IMG/VR virus record: IMGVR_UViG_3300045988_124363
From: a virus
Length of the DNA: 58,818 nt
Direction: 5' to 3' (one strand)
Made by a program: the position numbers and the translations under genes. This document shows positions 1 to 10,083 of the stretch, piece after piece (within the stretch, counting starts at the first letter, position 1; each line of letters begins with the position of its first letter). The notes under the pieces were generated by a model, which saw only the letters and a program-made list of their open reading frames with translations, did not search any database and had not been told where the DNA came from.

Positions 1-1130
1 ATGACAGCGACGCCAACCGTCAGATGCTTCTGATCCGCGAGGCTTTCAAGAACGCAAACAAGGTGCTGGTCTACATCGTAAAGGATGGCACGAAAGCAAC
101 CGCGACCAATGAAGCCACGCCCACCCTGACCGCCACCGCAAAATACGGCGGCAGCCGTGGCAATGCTCTGACCGTCACCGTGGCCGCAAACCCCGTGGAA
201 GGCTATGACGTCACCGTCAGTCTGGCGGGCAACACCGTTGCGTTCTACGAGAGCCTGACCACCGTGGACGACCTGATCGCCCAGAACTGTGAATACGTCA
301 CCTTTACTGGTTCCGGCGCACTGGCAGCCGTCGCCGCGATGAACCTCACCGGCGGCACGGACGCCACCCCGCAGAACTCCGACGTCACTGCATTTCTGGA
401 CACGCTGGAGGGCGTCAAGTTCAACACCGTCGCCATTCCCACCACCGACAGCAGCTTGCAGGCGGCCATCAAGACGAAGATCAAATATCTGCGTGAAAGC
501 ATGGGCCGCGGTGTACAGGCCGTCGTTCCTGACTTTGCCGCAGACTACGAGGGCATTATCTCCGTCAAGAATGGCTACTCCATCGACGACGACAACCTGT
601 CCGCTGCTGAAGCCTGTGCATGGGTGGCAGGCGCAACCGCTGGCGCGTCCTACACCGAAAGCCTGACCTATAAGGCAGTTGATGGCGCAACTGGCCTGAA
701 CCCGGCTCTGACCCACGAGGAATATGTGGACGCCATCAACAAGGGACACTTTGCTTTCTCTGTGTCCGAGGAAAACAAGATCATCGCCGAGTACGACATC
801 AACAGCCTGACCAGCTTTAAGCAGCCGAAGGATGAAACCTACCGCAAGAACCGTGTCATCCGCGTTATGGACACGTTCCAGGAATCCGTGCAGCTCAACT
901 TCCCGCCCAACAAGTATGCCAACAGCTCTGTCGGCTGGGACATCATGGAGGGCGTCGGTAAGTCCATCCTGAAGCAGTTTGAGGACGTCGGCGCGATCAC
1001 CAACGTGGATTATGACGCGGATTTCCTTGTTGACCGTGAAGCGTCCTATGGCGATAAGACCTATTTCGATGTCAACCTACAGCCTGTGGACAGTGCAGAA
1101 AAGCTGTTCTTCACCGTCCACACCCACTAA
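1..1130 (+). CDS. contractile tail sheath protein, C-terminal part (the ORF starts at 58550 and wraps across the contig ends)
   Basis: Reading frame is continuous with 58550..58818 once the 55-bp end overlap is collapsed. It lies just upstream of the tube gene, and the size (about 450 aa in total) and order match XkdK-like sheath proteins. Confidence 0.8.
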   Translation, partial: DSDANRQMLLIREAFKNANKVLVYIVKDGTKATATNEATPTLTATAKYGGSRGNALTVTVAANPVEGYDVTVSLAGNTVAFYESLTTVDDLIAQNCEYVTFTGSGALAAVAAMNLTGGTDATPQNSDVTAFLDTLEGVKFNTVAIPTTDSSLQAAIKTKIKYLRESMGRGVQAVVPDFAADYEGIISVKNGYSIDDDNLSAAEACAWVAGATAGASYTESLTYKAVDGATGLNPALTHEEYVDAINKGHFAFSVSEENKIIAEYDINSLTSFKQPKDETYRKNRVIRVMDTFQESVQLNFPPNKYANSSVGWDIMEGVGKSILKQFEDVGAITNVDYDADFLVDREASYGDKTYFDVNLQPVDSAEKLFFTVHTH

Positions 1131-1149
1131 ACGGAAAGGAGCGTAAACC

Positions 1150-1578
1150 ATGGAATATAACGTGCGCCCGATTTCTATCCGCGATGGTAAAATCATCATC
1201 GACGGTGTCGAAGCTGGTGATTCTGTCAGCGCAAGCGGCGTTTTCACCCCCGATACTTGGAGCGGCAAGCAGCTGGGCGACAAGTCGAACAGCACCCGCT
1301 GGCTGGGCTACAACATCACCGTCGCTCTGACCCGCCACCGCTCTAATCCTTGGATTAAGGAAGTCATCAAGAAGTATAAGGACACTGGCAAGACCCCGGA
1401 AATCACTATTCAGGGCATCATGTGTGACGGCGATTCCGACTTTTTCGACAAGTATGGCAACGACGTCTGTACCTTTGTTGGCTGCGTCCCGACTGGTGCA
1501 ATGCCGCTGACCTCTCTGGACAGCAACGGCGATGTCGTCACCGACAGCCTGACCTTTAACGCCCGCAACTTCCTGTAA
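1150..1578 (+). CDS. tail tube protein (XkdM-like)
   Basis: 142-aa ORF with an AGGAG Shine-Dalgarno (SD) sequence, directly after the sheath gene and before the chaperone and tape-measure genes. Confidence 0.7.
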   Translation: MEYNVRPISIRDGKIIIDGVEAGDSVSASGVFTPDTWSGKQLGDKSNSTRWLGYNITVALTRHRSNPWIKEVIKKYKDTGKTPEITIQGIMCDGDSDFFDKYGNDVCTFVGCVPTGAMPLTSLDSNGDVVTDSLTFNARNFL

Positions 1579-1646
1579 GCCGCCACAGCGGTGAAAAAGG
1601 GCGATTTTTACCGCTGTGAAAACATCACAACAACAAGCTGAATGCA

Positions 1647-1698
1647 AAGCCGCCCCTTTTGACGAATCACGTTTGAAAGGGGCGGCTTTTTCTTTTTA
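1647..1698 (+). terminator. Rho-independent terminator after the sheath and tube genes
   Basis: 13-bp stem aagccgccccttt/aaaggggcggctt followed by a T-run. A second 9-bp hairpin lies at 1584..1618. Confidence 0.6.
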
Positions 1699-1714
1699 TG
1701 GAGGTTTTAACATT

Positions 1715-2185
1715 ATGGCTACTGCAAACAAAAGTCTGAAATTCTTCATGCGTCCGCAGGAGGAGCAGATCGTCACCTTTACCGGCCCCGAATCCTTTAA
1801 GGACGATGAGGGCAACCCCATCGAGTTTGAGGTCAAGGTACTTCCCCAGCGCGAGATCGACAAGATCAATAACATCTACCGCAAGCGCAGCATTGCCACC
1901 GACAAGAAGGGCAACCCGATTGTCGATGGCGGCGAAATCGTCTGGCGTACCGAGCGCGACCCTGCGCGTTCCCTGCGGCATATCGTCGTGGCCGCCTTGC
2001 AGTACCCGAAGCTGGACGACAAGTCCCTGATGGACTACTACAAGTGCGTGGACATCACCGATATGCCCCTGCTTGTGTTCAACAACCACAAGGACTACGA
2101 CTACGTTACCAAGCACGTTCTGCAGGCTCTTGGTATTGTCGAAGCTCCGAAGGATGAAGACACCCTGAACGATGCAAAAAACTGA
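1715..2185 (+). CDS. tail assembly chaperone (XkdN-like), zero-frame product
   Basis: ATG at 1715 preceded by GGAGG. It sits between the tube and tape-measure genes and ends in the slippery heptamer A_AAA_AAC followed by TGA. Confidence 0.75.
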   Translation: MATANKSLKFFMRPQEEQIVTFTGPESFKDDEGNPIEFEVKVLPQREIDKINNIYRKRSIATDKKGNPIVDGGEIVWRTERDPARSLRHIVVAALQYPKLDDKSLMDYYKCVDITDMPLLVFNNHKDYDYVTKHVLQALGIVEAPKDEDTLNDAKN

Positions 2186-2364
2186 TAAAGGCGGCTGGCT
2201 CTGATGGCTACTGGGCACACACGCTTTGGCAGCGTCACGGCCTACGCCCGGAAGAGTACGACGCCATGCCGCGAAAGATGCAGCTTTTTTATATCGCATC
2301 CGAGCTTGTTGTCGATGAAGAACAGCAACTTGCCCGCATACAAGCTGAAGCCGCGAGGAGGTGA
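2182..2364 (+). CDS. -1 frameshift extension of the tail assembly chaperone (fusion product join 1715..2182,2182..2364)
   Basis: The -1 frame is open from the slippery site to TGA at 2362..2364. It encodes a plausible helical 60-aa tail (GYWAHTLWQRHGLRPEEYDAMPRKMQLFYIASELVVDEEQQLARIQAEAARR) and has no start codon or SD of its own. Confidence 0.65.
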   Translation: MIKAAGSDGYWAHTLWQRHGLRPEEYDAMPRKMQLFYIASELVVDEEQQLARIQAEAARR

Positions 2365-2371
2365 GAACTAA

Positions 2372-5300
2372 ATGGCAAACTTAACAGCAAAATTCCAGCT
2401 TATCGACGAAATGAGCCAAAAGCTGGAGGGCATTGCCGCAACTGGCGAAGCTATGCTGGACAACTGGGAATCGGCAGGAGATGCAGCGAGTGCGGCCCTG
2501 GATGGAATTTCATCCTCTGCAAGCTCTGTTGAATCGTCCTTGGACGGGGCGACAAGCATCCTCGAAAAATACAATGCAGCAGCGGACGACGCGGCCCAGA
2601 AAACCGACTACTGGACGAACGCGGTCGGCGGCTACGATAAAGCCATGATGGAAGCCACATACTCCACGCAGGAGCTTGTCGATATGGGCGTCAAGTCCAC
2701 CGCCGCGCTGGACGACCTGAACGACATGATGGCCCTCTGCGAAAAGTCGTCCGATGAACTCTCGAAGTCCGTCGAAGCATCGGCCGGCATCCATGACGAG
2801 CTGACCGCGTCCATCAAGAAAACGGGCGACCAGCTCGATGACCTCATGCAGAACGAAAAGCTCTCTGCCGAAACAAAGGACGAACTGAAAGCCGCCAGCG
2901 ATGCAGCAGCGGAAGCCCTCAAAGAACTTGCACAGGCCCAGCTTGACGCCGACGCCGCGATGCAGAACTACCAGCAGGTCATGGCATCCGGCACCGAAGA
3001 CCTTGACAAGCTGGAAGCCGCCGCAGAGCAGGCGGGCCATGCTGCCGAATCTCTGGCAGCCGCCAACGGCAAGGCCAGCGACGCCACCGACGCGCTGGCA
3101 AAGTCCACCCAAAAGGCAAGCGACGAAGCGGACAAGGCCGGCAAGACCGGGGCTGAAGCAGTTGAAACCATCGCCCAGGCCCTTGCAGCGGCCGGCATAA
3201 CGGCCACCATCAAGGAGATCACCTCTGCGGTCTACGACTTGACCGATACTTACAGCAACGCGGAAAAAATCATCGTCAACGCCACCGGCGCGACCGGGGA
3301 CGCGCTGGACAGTCTGGGCGCAAGTATGCTCAAAGCCTACTCCGGCAATGACGATGCACTCGACGCCGTGGCCGGAGCAGTTGGCGAAATCAATACCCGA
3401 CTGGGCTACACTGGCGACACGCTGTCCGAAGTCACCGGGGAATTTCTGGACTTTGCCGACATCACCGGGCAGGATGTCGTCGGCTCTGTGCAGCTCGTCA
3501 CAAAGGTGATGAACAAATGGGGCGAGGATTCTTCCAAGCTACCGAACGTCCTTGATGATTTGGCCTATGCGGGCCAAATCTCTGGCCTGTCCGTCACGAC
3601 CCTGAGTAATACCCTGATCACCGGCGCATCGTCCTTGCAGGAAATGGGCCTATCGCTCGAAAACGCCATCGGCCTGCTGGCAAAAATGGAGCTTTACGGC
3701 GTCGAGGGCACGTCCACCATCACGGCCATGCGCACCGCCGTCAAGAACTTTGCCGCCGACGGTCTGGATGCACAGGAAGCCCTGCAAGATACCATCACCG
3801 AAATTGCCAACATGAAAGACAGCTCCGAAGCCACCACAAAGGCCGTGGAAGTCTTTGGAAGCAAGGTCGGCGTGGACTTTGCGCGGGCTATCCGGGACGG
3901 TGCTATCACCACCGACACCCTGACGGGATCTCTGGATGAAGCGGCCGGGACGTTGGAACGCACCGCCGCGGCCGGCGAAAGCCTGTCCGAGAAATGGGAA
4001 AAGGCCAACAACAAGATGAATGTCGCCTTTACGCAGGTCTTGGAGCCTACCATCCATGACGCATCTGCTGAACTGGCCGAACTCTACGGCAACGTGGGCG
4101 ACTTCCTCTCTGAGCATCCCAATGTGGTAAAGGCCCTGACTGCGGTCGGCACAGGTCTTGGAACCGTGGCTATTGGCGTCGCTGGCGTTTCCGCATCTTT
4201 CGTCTTTGCAAGCTCCACCGTCAAAGCGTTCGTGTCGGCTATTTCGCCATTTGCCCCCGGCCTGTTGGTGGCTGCCGCTGCTGTTACGGCTCTGACCGCC
4301 GCCGTCACCATGCTTGGCGACAAGTATGAGGATACCTACGACGAAGCCATGTCCATGACCGCCACCACCGCCGCGCAGACCAAAGAACTGGAATCCCTCA
4401 AAGAGCAGTATGACAAAGCCTGCCGCACCTACGGCGACACGTCCGATCAGGCATCCACCCTGAAATACCGCATCGACGAGCTTTCCGCATCGCTGGACAA
4501 CAACGGTCAGAGTGTGGACGAGTATGTGGCCCGGATCGACGCTGTAATCAGCAAGCACGATGACCTGATCGACAGTTTCGGCAGCAGCACACAGAGCATC
4601 CACGACAGCGAGGTGCAGAACCTCGCGCTTGTCGCCCAGCTCGACGCGCTGGCAAGCTCCACTGGCAACAGCACCGAGAAGCAGACCCAGATGGAAGCCA
4701 TCATCAAGGAGCTAAACGGCAGCATTGACGGCCTGAACCTCACCTACGAAGACCTGACCACCAATCAGGAAAAGGCCATTGCCAGCGTTAAGGAAATGGC
4801 AAAGCAGCAGGCCCAGCAGGAACTCCAGAACGAAAAGTATCAGGAGTATGTAGACCTGCTGAAGCAGCAGGCCACCGAGCAAGAAGCTATCAAAGAAAAT
4901 AATGACGCCATCGCCGCCGCGCAGGAGCGCGTGAACGAGGCCCAGAAAGTCTATGATGACTACATTGCCGACCTCTACGCGCAAGACCCCACCGGCATGG
5001 CTACCATTTCGGCCCAGTGGTCTGAGCAGGCCGCCGCGCTCGATGCTGCCAACGATGAATTACGGCAGTACACCGACAAACAAGTCGAGCTGCAAAAGAC
5101 CCTTGGCGATACCACCGACCGGCTCGAAGTCATCGACAAGTATTACAACCAGCAGGCCGAGGACGCCAAAGCCGCAGGCGACGAGATTGTTTCTGCACAG
5201 GAAGCTGTATCGCAGGCTTACAGCGATGTCCGCTCTGACGTGGAAAAGCTCTGCGAAGCCTACAACACCGCCTACGAAGCCGCAAAGGACAGCTTTGAGG

Positions 5301-6472
5301 GCCAGTTCGGGCTATTCGATGAAGCGTCCACTAAATCCGAGGACTATCTGAACTCCAACGTCAAGGCGGCGCAAGCTGCGCTTGATTCTCAGCTCAACTA
5401 CTGGAACACCTACACGGCCAACATCGAAACCCTGAAAGCTACCTCTGCCGACGATCTGGGCATCACCGAGGAGAACTACAAGGCTTTGATGTCCTACGTC
5501 CAGGATGGCAGCGAACAGGCCGCAGGCTTGGCTGCCAGCATGGTGAGTGCCATCAACAGTGGCAACAAGGACGCCGTGTCGAAGCTGGCAAACACGCTGG
5601 CTGACGTCACCGCGAAGCAGGACGCCGCAGCGCAGGCTACCGCCGACTGGGTAACGGACTACGAGGGCCAGCTGGACGAGTTTCAGGCAAAAATGGAGGG
5701 CACGGTAGACGCTCTCGATATGTCCGACGAAGCCGGGAAGGCTGCAAAGGACACCATTGCCGAGTACGTCCAGAAGCTGAAGGATGGCAAAAAGGACGCC
5801 GTAGCCGCTGCAAAGGATGTGGCCGCATCTGTGGCCCTTGCTTTGCAGAACAGCACCACCTACACGCCGTCCGCCACTCCAACGACCACTGTGCCCGGCC
5901 ATGCAGGCGGCACAACCGACGCTGAAAATGTTTTCATCGCTGGCGAGAATGGCCCGGAGCTGATTGTCGGCAAGCAGGGGAGCACCGTTTTCCCGACCGA
6001 AGAAACCGACCGCATCTTGCAAGCTATCTCTGGCATAAGTCTGGACATCCCGGACAGATCTTCCCCGGAATCTATGCTTTCCGGCGTCCTCTCCAAAGCC
6101 TATGACGTCGTATCCGGCAAAAACTCCGACCTGTCCGCAATCGACGCGGCCTATACCAGCGTTGAAAGCGGCTTTTCCCGCCCGGCAGCTGCCTACAACA
6201 GCGTTTTGGATTCTGCCCCGCTCAACGTACCGCCTGCCACGAATGCTGCGGTATCGGGCGCACAGAACGCCCAGAGCGCACCCGGCGAGACCGTCAAGAA
6301 AATTATCCTTGAGCTTGTCGGAAAAGGTTCTGTGGAGGTTTCTGGCGGCTCTGGCAGCGGTATGAACGCAAACGACGTTCTGGAGATGATCACCGACAAC
6401 GTCAAACCTGTTCTGATGGGCATCTTGAAGCAGGAGATTTTTGAGGAGGGCCAGCTGTCGTATGAGTATTAA
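2372..6472 (+). CDS. tail tape measure protein
   Basis: 1366-aa Ala/Glu/Asp-rich coiled-coil protein with a central hydrophobic segment, in the canonical position after the chaperone. Confidence 0.85.
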   Translation: MANLTAKFQLIDEMSQKLEGIAATGEAMLDNWESAGDAASAALDGISSSASSVESSLDGATSILEKYNAAADDAAQKTDYWTNAVGGYDKAMMEATYSTQELVDMGVKSTAALDDLNDMMALCEKSSDELSKSVEASAGIHDELTASIKKTGDQLDDLMQNEKLSAETKDELKAASDAAAEALKELAQAQLDADAAMQNYQQVMASGTEDLDKLEAAAEQAGHAAESLAAANGKASDATDALAKSTQKASDEADKAGKTGAEAVETIAQALAAAGITATIKEITSAVYDLTDTYSNAEKIIVNATGATGDALDSLGASMLKAYSGNDDALDAVAGAVGEINTRLGYTGDTLSEVTGEFLDFADITGQDVVGSVQLVTKVMNKWGEDSSKLPNVLDDLAYAGQISGLSVTTLSNTLITGASSLQEMGLSLENAIGLLAKMELYGVEGTSTITAMRTAVKNFAADGLDAQEALQDTITEIANMKDSSEATTKAVEVFGSKVGVDFARAIRDGAITTDTLTGSLDEAAGTLERTAAAGESLSEKWEKANNKMNVAFTQVLEPTIHDASAELAELYGNVGDFLSEHPNVVKALTAVGTGLGTVAIGVAGVSASFVFASSTVKAFVSAISPFAPGLLVAAAAVTALTAAVTMLGDKYEDTYDEAMSMTATTAAQTKELESLKEQYDKACRTYGDTSDQASTLKYRIDELSASLDNNGQSVDEYVARIDAVISKHDDLIDSFGSSTQSIHDSEVQNLALVAQLDALASSTGNSTEKQTQMEAIIKELNGSIDGLNLTYEDLTTNQEKAIASVKEMAKQQAQQELQNEKYQEYVDLLKQQATEQEAIKENNDAIAAAQERVNEAQKVYDDYIADLYAQDPTGMATISAQWSEQAAALDAANDELRQYTDKQVELQKTLGDTTDRLEVIDKYYNQQAEDAKAAGDEIVSAQEAVSQAYSDVRSDVEKLCEAYNTAYEAAKDSFEGQFGLFDEASTKSEDYLNSNVKAAQAALDSQLNYWNTYTANIETLKATSADDLGITEENYKALMSYVQDGSEQAAGLAASMVSAINSGNKDAVSKLANTLADVTAKQDAAAQATADWVTDYEGQLDEFQAKMEGTVDALDMSDEAGKAAKDTIAEYVQKLKDGKKDAVAAAKDVAASVALALQNSTTYTPSATPTTTVPGHAGGTTDAENVFIAGENGPELIVGKQGSTVFPTEETDRILQAISGISLDIPDRSSPESMLSGVLSKAYDVVSGKNSDLSAIDAAYTSVESGFSRPAAAYNSVLDSAPLNVPPATNAAVSGAQNAQSAPGETVKKIILELVGKGSVEVSGGSGSGMNANDVLEMITDNVKPVLMGILKQEIFEEGQLSYEY

Positions 6473-7118
6473 ATACCAAATCTGGTTTACATGGAACGCG
6501 GAGCGGGAAAAAATCAGGCTGCCCGTGCTGCCTGAAAAATTCAACGTCAAGAACGGCTCCAATAACCAGAGCATTGACCTTACCGGGCTGGGAGAAATCA
6601 CGATCATGCAGAGCCGCCCGGCACTGCAGTTCAGCTTTTCCAGCTTTTTCCCGGCGGGCTATTTCCCCGGCATCAAGTCCATCATCACCGTGCCGCCCAT
6701 CCTCTACATCCGCATGATTGAGCGATGGAAGAAAAGCAAAGTGCCAATTCACTTTATCAGCACCGGGAACTATATCAACCTGTACTGCACCATCGAGAGC
6801 TTCAACTACTCTGAAAGCGGCGGCGATGTGGGCACATTCTCCTACGACATCACCTTGAAAGAGTATAGGGAAGTTTCCTTGAAAGCAGTTTCGATTGATT
6901 CTTCCCTCATTGCAACCGTGCAGAACACCACCGCCCGCGTTGACAGCACGTCCACCCCAAAAACCTACACGGTCAAAAAGGGAGACTGCCTGTACAACAT
7001 CGCAAAGTCTGTCTATGGTGACGGTGCAAAGTATTCCAGCATCTACACCGCAAACAAGTCTCTGATCGGCAGCAACCCGAATCTGATCCGGCCCGGGCAG
7101 GTCTTGAAGATTCCGTAA
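6462..7118 (+). CDS. LysM-domain tail protein (XkdP-like)
   Basis: C-terminal LysM motif YTVKKGDCLYNIAKSVYGDGAKYSSIYTANKSLIGSNPNLIRPGQVLKIP. ATG at 6462 overlaps the end of the tape-measure gene. Confidence 0.75.
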   Translation: MSIKYQIWFTWNAEREKIRLPVLPEKFNVKNGSNNQSIDLTGLGEITIMQSRPALQFSFSSFFPAGYFPGIKSIITVPPILYIRMIERWKKSKVPIHFISTGNYINLYCTIESFNYSESGGDVGTFSYDITLKEYREVSLKAVSIDSSLIATVQNTTARVDSTSTPKTYTVKKGDCLYNIAKSVYGDGAKYSSIYTANKSLIGSNPNLIRPGQVLKIP

Positions 7119-7133
7119 AGGAGGGGGCTGCAC

Positions 7134-8135
7134 ATGGCAAAAATCCAGTTGCTTTTGATTCAGGGCGACACCACAACGGACATGACCGCCCTTGTGAAGT
7201 CCGTCCACTGGAAAGGCCGCAAGGGAAGTTCTGCCCGCACTCTGACCGTGACCATGATTGACGACAACGGCTACAAACACGCCCGCAGCGGTATTGACGT
7301 AGAAGACGGCAACCAGTGCGTTTTCTATGTGGACGGACAGGAACGCTTTCGCGGCATCCTGCTGAATCAGGGTCAGAGCAGCAAAAAGCAGCTCAAGTAC
7401 ACAGCCTACGACAACGGCATCTACCTTGCCAACAATAAGGATACCTTCGTCTATAAAGGGAAAACCGCTGATGAAGTCTTTGCCGACGTCTGCTCTCGTT
7501 TCGGCATCCCGACCGGGGACGTGGCAAAGTGCAGCTACAAAATCCCGGAGCTTACCAAGAGCAAAACCACCGGGCAGGACGCCGTGCTGGACGCTTTAAG
7601 CCTTGACTATAAGGCAACTGGCACCCGGCACTATGTCAGCAGCGACGGCGGCAAGCTCTCCCTTTTGCAGCGCAAAGATCAGGTTATTTCCTTTGTTGTC
7701 GATGGGGAAGCCAACCTGTATGACTACTCCTACACTAAAAGCATCGAGAACATCAAGACCCGCGTCAAGATGATCTCGAAAGAGGGAACGACCATCGCAG
7801 AAAAAACGAACGCTGATCTTGAAAAAAAGATCGGCATTTTCCAGGAAATCCAGCAACCGAACGAATCGCTCACCAAAGCGCAGGTCACTGATCTTGTGGG
7901 AAGCGTCCTTGAAACGCTGGATAAGCCCGAAGAAACGCTCGGCCTCAACATCTTGGGCGACGCCGACGTCATATCTGGCAAGGCCATTTTGGTACGCATT
8001 CCGCATCTGAACATCAACCGCGCCTACTATGTGGACGACGACGACCACTATTTTGAGGACAATCTGCACACCATGAGCGTGACCCTCACCACGGCGGCAG
8101 AAATCAAAGAACAGGAGGACAAAGCCAATGGCTGA
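7134..8135 (+). CDS. baseplate hub / XkdQ-like (late control D-like) protein
   Basis: 333-aa ORF with a strong SD. Position and N-terminal sequence resemble the XkdQ/YqbQ family. Confidence 0.6.
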   Translation: MAKIQLLLIQGDTTTDMTALVKSVHWKGRKGSSARTLTVTMIDDNGYKHARSGIDVEDGNQCVFYVDGQERFRGILLNQGQSSKKQLKYTAYDNGIYLANNKDTFVYKGKTADEVFADVCSRFGIPTGDVAKCSYKIPELTKSKTTGQDAVLDALSLDYKATGTRHYVSSDGGKLSLLQRKDQVISFVVDGEANLYDYSYTKSIENIKTRVKMISKEGTTIAEKTNADLEKKIGIFQEIQQPNESLTKAQVTDLVGSVLETLDKPEETLGLNILGDADVISGKAILVRIPHLNINRAYYVDDDDHYFEDNLHTMSVTLTTAAEIKEQEDKANG

Positions 8136-8580
8136 AACCAGTTTGAAGCAGATGTTTCAGAGCATGATACCAGTTGGCTCTGCCATCCTGCAGGGCACCG
8201 TTACAAAGGCAGACCCTTTGGAGATCACCGCCGAAAACGACAGCAAGCTCATTATCTCCGGCAATCAGCTTATCGTACCTTGGCACCTTACTGACTATAC
8301 TACTCACGCGGACTATACGATGGGGGACAGGGGCGAGCTGCGGAATGAAACATACACGAAAGTTGACGGCGGCCATCTGCACGTCGATTCTCGCGGCGGA
8401 AACACATCCGAAGTTAAGCACAAGCACTACATCGAAAAGCTAAATGCCTACAAAATGACCCTGAAAGTCTATAACCACCTGCAAAAGGACGATAAAGTCT
8501 ACCTGCTTTCGCTCTGCAATGGCAAGGTCTACTACGTCCTCGACCGCGTCGCGGGGCAGGTAGCAGGAAAGGACATCTAA
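8128..8580 (+). CDS. baseplate spike-like protein (XkdR / DUF2577-like)
   Basis: 150 aa, overlaps the upstream gene; assigned from its position in the Xkd order. Confidence 0.45.
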   Translation: MAETSLKQMFQSMIPVGSAILQGTVTKADPLEITAENDSKLIISGNQLIVPWHLTDYTTHADYTMGDRGELRNETYTKVDGGHLHVDSRGGNTSEVKHKHYIEKLNAYKMTLKVYNHLQKDDKVYLLSLCNGKVYYVLDRVAGQVAGKDI

Positions 8581-8581
8581 A

Positions 8582-8986
8582 ATGGCCGTTTATATCCCTA
8601 TCAACATAGCGGGTGTTCAGGACGCACAGGAAAAGCCGTCCAAAACGTACCGCCTTGACCTTGACGCGGGGAGAATCATCGGCTTTGTGGACAACATTGA
8701 AGCTGTGCAGCAGGCCATCCGAAAAGCCATCATTACCCCGCGTTTTAAGTGCCTGATCTATGATACCCAATATGGGAGCGAGATCGAGGACGCGGTCATT
8801 GCAAAGGACGCCAGCCGCGAGTATGCCGAATCCGTCATCGAGGGATTTGTCAAAGACGCGCTGGCCCCGGACACCCGCATTCTCGAATGCCACGACTTTT
8901 CGATTGAGTTTGAAAAAGACCACGCAAACATTGAGTTTATCGCCGACACCATTTACGGCGAAGCCAAAATCGAGGAGGTGATCTAA
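8582..8986 (+). CDS. baseplate wedge protein (XkdS / gp25-like, DUF2634-like)
   Basis: 134 aa, directly upstream of the baseplate J-like gene. Confidence 0.5.
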   Translation: MAVYIPINIAGVQDAQEKPSKTYRLDLDAGRIIGFVDNIEAVQQAIRKAIITPRFKCLIYDTQYGSEIEDAVIAKDASREYAESVIEGFVKDALAPDTRILECHDFSIEFEKDHANIEFIADTIYGEAKIEEVI

Positions 8987-10083
8987 TGAGCAAATCCTAT
9001 GAAGACATCCTGAAAGAAGTCTTAAACAACGCGCCGCCGGGCATTGACACCCGGCAGGGCAGCATCTACTACGATTCTATTGCTGGCATCTGCCTCACCA
9101 TCGCGCGGCTTTACACGGATATCGAAACGCAGGGCAGGCTTGTGACTATCGTCCGCGCAGTTGGCGAGGAGCTGACCGTAAAGGCAGCAGAGTACGGTAT
9201 TGTCCGCCATCCTGCGGCCCCTGCAAAGTATCATTTCTCCTATGAGGGCGAAAAGCCGTCCGTCGGCGAACGATTTTACAATGATGGCTCCTATTTCGTC
9301 CTCGCGTACAGCGACGACGGCTACTATTACCTGCAAGCCGAAGCAGCCGGGGCTACACCGCTTATCAGCAGTGGAACGGCTGCCATCCCTGTAAACGAAA
9401 TCGCGGGCATGACAGCTGCGACCTTTGGCGAGCTGATCGAAAGTGGCACAGAGGAAGAGGACGACGACAGCCTGCGCACCCGCGTGCAAGAAAAAATTGC
9501 AGGCCCAGCCGAAAACGGAAACAAGCAGCACTACAAATCGTGGTGCGAGTCCATCGACGGCATCGGACACGCCAGAATCTACCCTCTTTGGAACGGCCCG
9601 AACACGGTCAAGGCTGTGCTGATTGATTCGTCCGGCCGGGCCTGTTCCAGCGAAAAGGTCAAGGAAGTGCAGGACTACATCGACCCGGCCACGCGCGGCT
9701 ATACCGCCAACGTGGACGGCTACACCTACACCGTCGGCGACGGAACGGGGGACGGCGTTGCAAACCTTGGCGCACATTTCACCGCCGTTTCTGCCCGTGA
9801 ATTGAGCATCAATATTTCTTTTGCGGCTGATCTTGCCAGCGGCTACACAAAGGACATCGCCAAAAGTCAGGTAAAGGAAGCTGTGGCTGCATACCTCGAA
9901 GATCTCGCACTGAACGTTGCGGCCGCCGAAGATGTTATCATCCGCGCCGCTCGCATCGGTGCAATCATCATCGAGCAAGATGCTATTCTGGACTACTCCG
10001 ACCTTACCATCAACGGCGGCACAAGCAACATCGTCCCCGGCGATAACGCTATCCCCGTTCTGGGGGAGGTGACCGTTTCTTGA
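8986..10083 (+). CDS. baseplate J-like protein (XkdT-like)
   Basis: 365 aa; size and position are typical of the baseplate J/gp47 family. ATGA overlap with the upstream gene. Confidence 0.65.
   Translation: MSKSYEDILKEVLNNAPPGIDTRQGSIYYDSIAGICLTIARLYTDIETQGRLVTIVRAVGEELTVKAAEYGIVRHPAAPAKYHFSYEGEKPSVGERFYNDGSYFVLAYSDDGYYYLQAEAAGATPLISSGTAAIPVNEIAGMTAATFGELIESGTEEEDDDSLRTRVQEKIAGPAENGNKQHYKSWCESIDGIGHARIYPLWNGPNTVKAVLIDSSGRACSSEKVKEVQDYIDPATRGYTANVDGYTYTVGDGTGDGVANLGAHFTAVSARELSINISFAADLASGYTKDIAKSQVKEAVAAYLEDLALNVAAAEDVIIRAARIGAIIIEQDAILDYSDLTINGGTSNIVPGDNAIPVLGEVTVS

Noticed and set aside
1-55. End repeat considered as a true direct terminal repeat or att site
   Set aside because: It interrupts the sheath coding sequence, and its length equals a common assembler k-mer. 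It is interpreted as a circularisation artefact.
1616-1714. Upstream extension of the chaperone ORF (track start at 1616)
   Set aside because: The extension runs through the two terminator hairpins after the tube gene. The ATG at 1715 has a GGAGG SD and gives the usual chaperone size.
2204-2371. Independent 56-aa ORF (ATG at 2204) as an alternative to the chaperone frameshift
   Set aside because: It is in the zero frame after the stop, has no SD, and translates to an implausible Arg/Ser/Cys-rich peptide. The -1 frame gives a well-behaved helical sequence and is entered through a canonical slippery heptamer.
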